DNA from: Eledone cirrhosa
Taxonomy: Eukaryota
Direction of reading: 5' to 3'
Length of the DNA: 64,000 bases
NCBI GenBank assembly: GCA_964016885.1
Contig: OZ024740.1
Coordinates: forward strand, 59,396,001 to 59,460,000
Numbering within the stretch: position 1 is the stretch's first letter; each line of letters starts with the position of its first letter. A program made the translations under genes and the position numbers. This document shows positions 58,294 through 64,000 of this stretch, piece by piece. A model generated the notes under the pieces. It was not told the origin of the DNA, made no database searches, and worked only from the letters and a program-made list of their open reading frames with translations.

Positions 58294-59010
58294 AATTATT
58301 GTGTACAGTGCTCAGGTGCACTACAACTCATCAAAGGTGCATGTATAGTCCATAGAATAATATACAAATGTCAGGGAAGTGAATAGTGTATGAGTCATGA
58401 TACACAGTGGAGGCACGTGGCCTAGTGGTAAGGGTGTTGGACTTACGATCATAATGTTGTGGGCTTGATTCCTGGGTTGTGTGTTGTGTTCTTGAGCAAA
58501 ACACTTCATTTCACGTTGCTCCAGTAAACTCAGCTGAAAATGAGTACCAGCAACAGCTGGAGGTTTAACCCTGCGATGGACTGGCGTCCTGTCCAGGGGG
58601 GAGTCTTGTACTCTCAGTCGCTTCACGCCATGAAACCGGGATAAGCACCGGCCAAATGAACCTTCTGTTTAAGACAGACTCTAGACTTTAGACATGATAT
58701 ACATGTGTGCATGTGTATGGAGGAGGAATATTAGGTGTAGTGTTGGCGAATCTCAGGAAGCATAGAGGCTTTAAAGGATGCCGTGTCTTGACAGCTAATA
58801 ACTGATGCAGGTAGTTTGTTGGTTTTCAGAAGGTTCTGATTAAATTATCATCATCATCATCATTTTATGTCCGCTTTTCCCTGTTAAATTTAATTCCTAT
58901 ATAGAGGTAATATGTTGGTTTTCAGAAGTTTCTGATTAAATGTTAAATTTAACTCCTATATGGAGGTAATATGTTGGTTTTCAGAAAACTTTGATTAAAT
59001 GTTAAATTTG
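58130..59010. repeat. ~58-bp minisatellite interrupted by nested CR1-like fragment and SINE
   Basis: Unit GTAATATGTTGGTTTTCAGAAGGTTCTGATTAAATGTTAAATTTAATTCCTATATAGAG occurs on both sides of the insertions. Confidence 0.8.
58408..58692 (+). mobile_element. tRNA-derived SINE (second subfamily) with target-site duplication
   Basis: A box TGGCCTAGTGG, TTCTTGAGCAAAACACTT and AACCCTGCGATGGACTGGCGTCC blocks. TSD CATGATACACA/CATGATATACA; the uninterrupted target is visible at about 45780. Confidence 0.85.
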
Positions 59011-60058
59011 ATATATTATGCAAAAAATGTTCACAAATTAAAAACAATACACAGAAATCAAACTTGTTAACTAAAGAAATGTATGCATGTTAAGAGGACA
59101 CACAGTATATCAAATAAATGTATAGCAGAAACAAAAAACAAAGTTGTCCAATTAACAATATGTATGACAGTATATAACAAGCAAAGATCTATGTGTAAAC
59201 TTTTTTCTAAAGTATTCTTACTATTTTTTTCAAATTAAATTTTTTGGTGGAAATTCTATTTTTATTGTATATTAAAATATATTCTATGAAATGTAGTTTT
59301 AATAAAAAGCCATTAAGATTCAGTAAATGAATAACTAAAGAACACTGTAAGTGGATCATGCTGTTAATGATAGAATAATTAATTATCTGCTATCTGTAGC
59401 ACTTAGCTTGTGAAACTGATGCAGGTAGAAATATTTTAATTTGTTCTACTGTTTTTTAATTAAACTTTTTGGATGGAAATTCTATTTTCATTGAATATTA
59501 AACATTGTGTATTTTTTTAAATTGTTCCATAGTTAAAAATATTTTACAGTATATTTTTATAAAATTATTCTATAAAAAGTTGTTTCTCAAATATATATAT
59601 ATATTGTTATACTTTGGGAGGGTCATGTTGCCAATAAGAAACACACGCACCAGTTGCTTTCACTTCAATTTATTATATATTTATAAATTTATAAATTTAC
59701 AAATCTACAAACTTATAAATTTCTGGTTGGTTGGTTGGTTCCACAACCAGATAGTTGTTTATATATAGTCATAGTCCTTTCGTCACACACTCTGTGACCT
59801 CTTCAGTGACTGGGGATTCCTTTCTTTGTTTCTGTGCCTTTCCTTTCTTCTGTCCTACGCCATTTTGTTTCTGTGTGTGTGTTGTGTGCTCAGTTTGCGC
59901 ATGCGCCACATCCGGGTGTCTGTGTGTGTTTGTGTTCATTTATCTATTTGTTTATTTATTTACATGTTGTTGGTTGGTTGTTTGTTCTATGTGTGTGTGT
60001 GTTTTCATTTTGTCCTTAATTGTAAGTTGTGATGTTGCTGTTCCACTCATATTTTCTA

Positions 60059-60657
60059 GGATAGAAAGAACTAGGAACAAGGCCAATAGAATAAACTCAT
60101 GGTATGATAGCAATAAATACCAGAGTGTAATGTTCATCAATACAACCCCTAGAGGCGAACTAGCCTGCAAATTTAGAAGGGCTGTAAATAAACATAAACT
60201 CAATATTAAGATAGTAGAAAGACCAGGTACCTCCGTAAAAACACTTATTAGCAAGACATACCCGTTCCAAAGACCCTCATGTATAGATAAGAAATGTATA
60301 ACCTGTAAAATAAGCCCCCATATTAACTGTAAAACTAGAAATGTAGTGTATAGCATAAGATGTACTGAAGGACAATGTAGAAACAAAAATATAGTGTACA
60401 TAGGTGAGACAGCTCGTAGTATAGGGGAACGGATAAATGAACACTGGCGAGACCTTCAAGGTAATAAAGAATCATCTGTACTCTACCAACATGCTAAGAT
60501 AGAACACAAGGGTAAATTAGAGAACATAGAAATAAAAATAGAATCCACACACAGAAAAGATGCAATGTTTAGGCAAATTACAGAGGCATAAAAGAATTAC
60601 AACCAAAATTAAATAGAAAATATGAGTGGAACAGCAACATCACAACTTACAATTAAG
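60059..60657 (+). pseudogene. PLE linker + GIY-YIG endonuclease fragment
   Basis: CIDKKCITC...CKTRNVVYSIRC...VYIGETARSIGERINEH...RQITEA, then frameshift to IKELQPKLNRKYEW. Confidence 0.88.
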
Positions 60658-60859
60658 GACAAAATGAAAACACACACACACATAGAACAAACAACCAACC
60701 AACAACATGTAAATAAATAAACAAATAGATAAATGAACACAAACACACACAGACACCCGGATGTGGCGCATGCGCAAACTGAGCACACAACACACACACA
60801 GAAACAAAATGGCGTAGGACAGAAGAAAGGAAAGGCACAGAAACAAAGAAAGGAATACC

Positions 60860-60906
60860 TAGTCACTGAAGAGGTCACAGAGTGTGTGACGAAAGGACTA
60901 TGACTA
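60860..60906 (+). ncRNA. Type I hammerhead ribozyme in PLE pseudo-LTR
   Basis: TAGTCA-CTGAAGA-gGTCACA(GAGTG)TGTGAC-GAAA-GGAC-TA-TGACTA; inverted copy at 59766-59812. Confidence 0.85.
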
Positions 60907-61140
60907 TATATAAACAACTATCTGGTTGTGGAACCAACCAACCAGAAATTTATAAGTTTGTAGATTTGTAAATTTATAGATGTATAAATATATAATAAAT
61001 TGAAGTGAAAGCAACTGGTGCGTGTGTTTCTTATTGGCAACATGACCCTCCCAAAGTATAACAATATTGGTTTCAACACACGATTTCAGATAAAGAATCT
61101 TGCTAAACAAATTCAGAAACGAAATATATATATATAGTTA

Positions 61141-61505
61141 TAGTATTAATTATACTATTTATGGTTATGCAAATACAAAAACCTTTTGCAGTTATATATA
61201 TTTTTATAAACCCTAAATAGTGGTAGGCAGTAATATATTACTACCTTATTACCAGAAAGTTAAATAGCTCAATGTAAAAACATAAGATGATTTACAGAGC
61301 AGTTATATGAATTATAATAATCAAAGAACTGTTCAAAACATTTTTATGCTTACAACTGTTTCCTCCAAACCGAGGTTTGGATTCTTCGGAGCAATTTATT
61401 ATTGAATGAACACTTATATGACCTCCTTTTCACCCAAGAGACATACAGATACATATGCAAATATTGTGGGTCAACATTCATTATAGCATTTAGAGTGGCA
61501 GTACA
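61141..61505 (-). mobile_element. Diverged copy of the CCGAAGA-hammerhead family (motif at 61347-61393)
   Basis: Homologous to 47948-48330. Confidence 0.7.
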
Positions 61506-61533
61506 TATATATAGTTATATATATATAGACACT

Positions 61534-61591
<58 letters not shown>

Positions 61592-61718
61592 GTAGGAGGT
61601 GAGTTTTATTGTAGTACAATAAAGCAATGCAGATATCGGATAAGAAGCACTCTACAGTTTTGTAGGACTGGAGTATACATAATATATAAGATCAAAAGAT
61701 GGTTAAATGAGTTCCATG

Positions 61719-61789
61719 TATTTTATTATGTGCATTTCAAAAACAAATATCATCATGCAATAACATTTGTGTTTTCATCAGATAAAATA
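61719..61789 (-). ncRNA. Type I hammerhead ribozyme downstream of PLE ORF
   Basis: TATTTTAT-CTGATGA-AAACACAAATGTT...GATATTTGTTTTT-GAAA-TGCACA-TA-ATAAAATA, with a perfect 8-bp helix I. Confidence 0.75.
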
Positions 61790-62149
61790 GGACATGATAT
61801 GAAGGTTAAAAACACTTGTGGATAGTGCAGTTTTAAATCAACATATGAAAAGTAGTTTTAGATTGATGTGTGATATGGGGAAAAATTTTTTTTGAGGGGG
61901 GTGGGGGTGGAAAAGATGAAAAAGAGGAGGAGAAGAGAGTAAAAAGTGGAGGGGGAGGAGTATAATGAGGAAGGATGAGATAGGAGGAGAGATGGGTGAT
62001 AGAGAGAGAGAGAGATAGCTTTTATAACTGAGAAAAATATATTGTTTTACATAGAGAGGTTGAAAAACCGTTGGAAGATAATGTATAAATTAAAAGAATT
62101 TGAAAATTAACGAAGAGAAAAATAATGTAAAGTTAAGGTTTGTATATTG

Positions 62150-62316
62150 AAGGGTTTAATAATATGTGCGATTAAAAGAAATTGTTAATATGTATTAAGA
62201 ATAATATTTAAGGGTTTAATAATATGTGCGATGGAAAGAAAATGTTAATATGTATTAAGAATAATTTTAAGGGTTTAATAATATGTGCGATGGAAAGAAA
62301 ATGTTGATATGTATTA
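62150..62316. repeat. Three ~58-bp tandem repeats in the PLE 3' region
   Basis: AAGGGTTTAATAATATGTGCGAT... repeated three times. Confidence 0.85.
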
Positions 62317-62666
62317 TTAAAAAAACAGAAGTAATGTAAGTAAGGATATATTGTGAGATGAGCATGAATAAGTTAGATGAAATGAGAAAAAAAATAATGA
62401 ATAGAGGATGAATAATCTAACGTCAAAAAAAATGTTTATGTTTACGAAGGATTTTTTCAAGGTGAAATAAAGTAAGAATATAGTGTATTGTGTAATAATT
62501 GTTTCTATGTTAGGCACAGTGAGAAAAGGTACAGATTAGGGGTTAGAAATTAAAAGAAAAAGAAAAGAAAAGGAAAAGGAAGAAAGGGAAGTGATGAATA
62601 GGAATGATATAGAATATGATAAATAACTTTGAAATAAGGTAGAAAGATGGGTATATTTTTAAAGAA

Positions 62667-62699
<33 letters not shown>

Positions 62700-62703
<4 letters not shown>

Positions 62704-64000
62704 CCTTTGAGAAAAGGATTCTGAATTGATAAAGTTTAGGATATTCGCTGTATACTTTATGGAAAGTTCTGTGGAATTTATGCAAGCAGATAGAAAACAA
62801 GTCAGTGCGTCTATTTATTATAGAATCTAAATTAGATATAATGGTAAATTTTTCATTCAGACAGAGATTGCAAGTCTTGGATAGAGAACTGTTCAAGTAT
62901 GAATAAGCAGAGGAAACCTTTTTCCAAGAGATGTTATATTTAATATTTTTGTCTTTCAAGGACCATATGAGTTCTGAGAGACCCGTGTTGGTTCTTTTAA
63001 GTTTATATTTAAAAGACGAATGATGATTATAAAGACGAGCTTTAAAGGAGGTGGAAGTGGAGCCAAAATAGGTGAAGGAATTGGTGTCAGTTATAACTTT
63101 ACATTCGTAATTTAAGTTTTTATCAAGACAATGGTTCTTGAGAGGACATTTATTTTTAGCAGGGCAATTGCAATTGCAATTAGAGAGATTATTAACGAAT
63201 GACTTAGTGTTATCTATAGAAGGAATTGGATTGGAGAAGTTATTTGCGATAGGAATAATAGTTTCTTGATTTAGAATGGGATTAAGAACATTTAGCGAAG
63301 TTGTGTTTGACGTTGTATTTGGGTTTGCAGAAATTAGCCTAGAGTTTACAATGACGTCGGGAGTACTATTACTATTATTATGATATTCAGTGTTGGAAGG
63401 AAGAGATTTAGTATTTAGTATTTTATTGTTGTGTTTAGAGATAATGTTGGAAATGTTGGAGGATGTCGAATAGGAAAATGTTATAGTGTGTTTGATAAAT
63501 ATTTTACTATAGATATGTGAGGGAGGGAAGCATTTATTTAAGGCACTAAAGAATAATTTAGGAATATTATTATTAATAGAGATGGAGAAAGGAGCATTAT
63601 ACCAGATTATGTTTTTGTATCTAGGTCTTTTATTAAAGTTATTGGAATGATCATGATTAATTATTCTACTGTAAGATCTTCTAGAATTTGTTTCTTTATT
63701 ATATTTGATTTTATCAGGATAGCCGGCTTTAGAAAGCGCGTTATTATAGTAATTGGCGTTAGCATCAAAGATGTTTTTATTAGAAGATAGGTTAGATATT
63801 CTTTTTCCAATATTACTAACTATAGCATTCTTAATATTAGTAGGGTGGTTAGATTTAAAATTAACATAATTTAGGTTCTCATTGTTTTTATGGTAAGGGT
63901 AGTATAGGCCAGTGTCAAGATTAAGAGATACATCCAAGAAATTAGCTAGTTTGATGCTGTTCTCAAATTCAATTTTTAGGTTATGTTGGTTAAAGAGATT
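62700..64000 (-). CDS. Penelope-like retroelement ORF (RT C-terminus, Cys linker, GIY-YIG); continues beyond window
   Basis: NFLDVSLNL...YVNFKSNHP...IIWYNAPFS...CNC..CPL..CL...TYFGSTSTSFKARLYNH...CNLCLNEK...NRR..CLH. The frame is open to the window edge, and the C-terminus runs into (TA)n. Confidence 0.9.

Larger units (their letters stand above)
59601..61123 (+). mobile_element. 5'-truncated Penelope-like element with inverted pseudo-LTR
   Basis: Arms at 59601-60058 and 60614-61067 flank a GIY-YIG fragment; tail 61068-61123; (TA)n flanks. Confidence 0.9.

Noticed and set aside
59755-60058. Cys/Phe-rich N-terminus of the 278-aa ORF
   Set aside because: It is an antisense read-through of the inverted pseudo-LTR, not part of the endonuclease.
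59601-61067. DNA transposon with long TIRs
   Set aside because: The internal fragment is GIY-YIG, the arms overlap the ORF end, and a one-sided tail and hammerhead are present, which fits PLE inversion.

Overview
AT-rich, repeat-saturated animal DNA. The (TA)n/(TACA)n load and the repeat families suggest an octopus-like cephalopod genome (inference). No confidently identifiable host gene is present, and most of the supplied ORFs are microsatellite artefacts. The window holds many RTE-clade LINE copies (one with an open RT ORF at 27.4-29.6 kb, one near full-length but frameshifted at 50.4-53.7 kb). It also has tandem arrays of a ~600-bp non-autonomous RTE derivative, tRNA-derived SINEs with RTE-derived tails, two decayed Tc1/mariner transposons, several MITEs, CR1-like 3' fragments and three Penelope-like (PLE) GIY-YIG fragments. 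The most striking hidden layer is about 25 type I hammerhead-ribozyme-like motifs read by eye, from more than a dozen unrelated sequence families. Most sit in short ORF-less foldback or tandem elements inserted in (TA)n. They show variant catalytic cores, palindromic helix III, long helix II inserts and a shared GAGTRC motif about 45 nt from the 3' end. All folds are manual, and ribozyme activity is untested.
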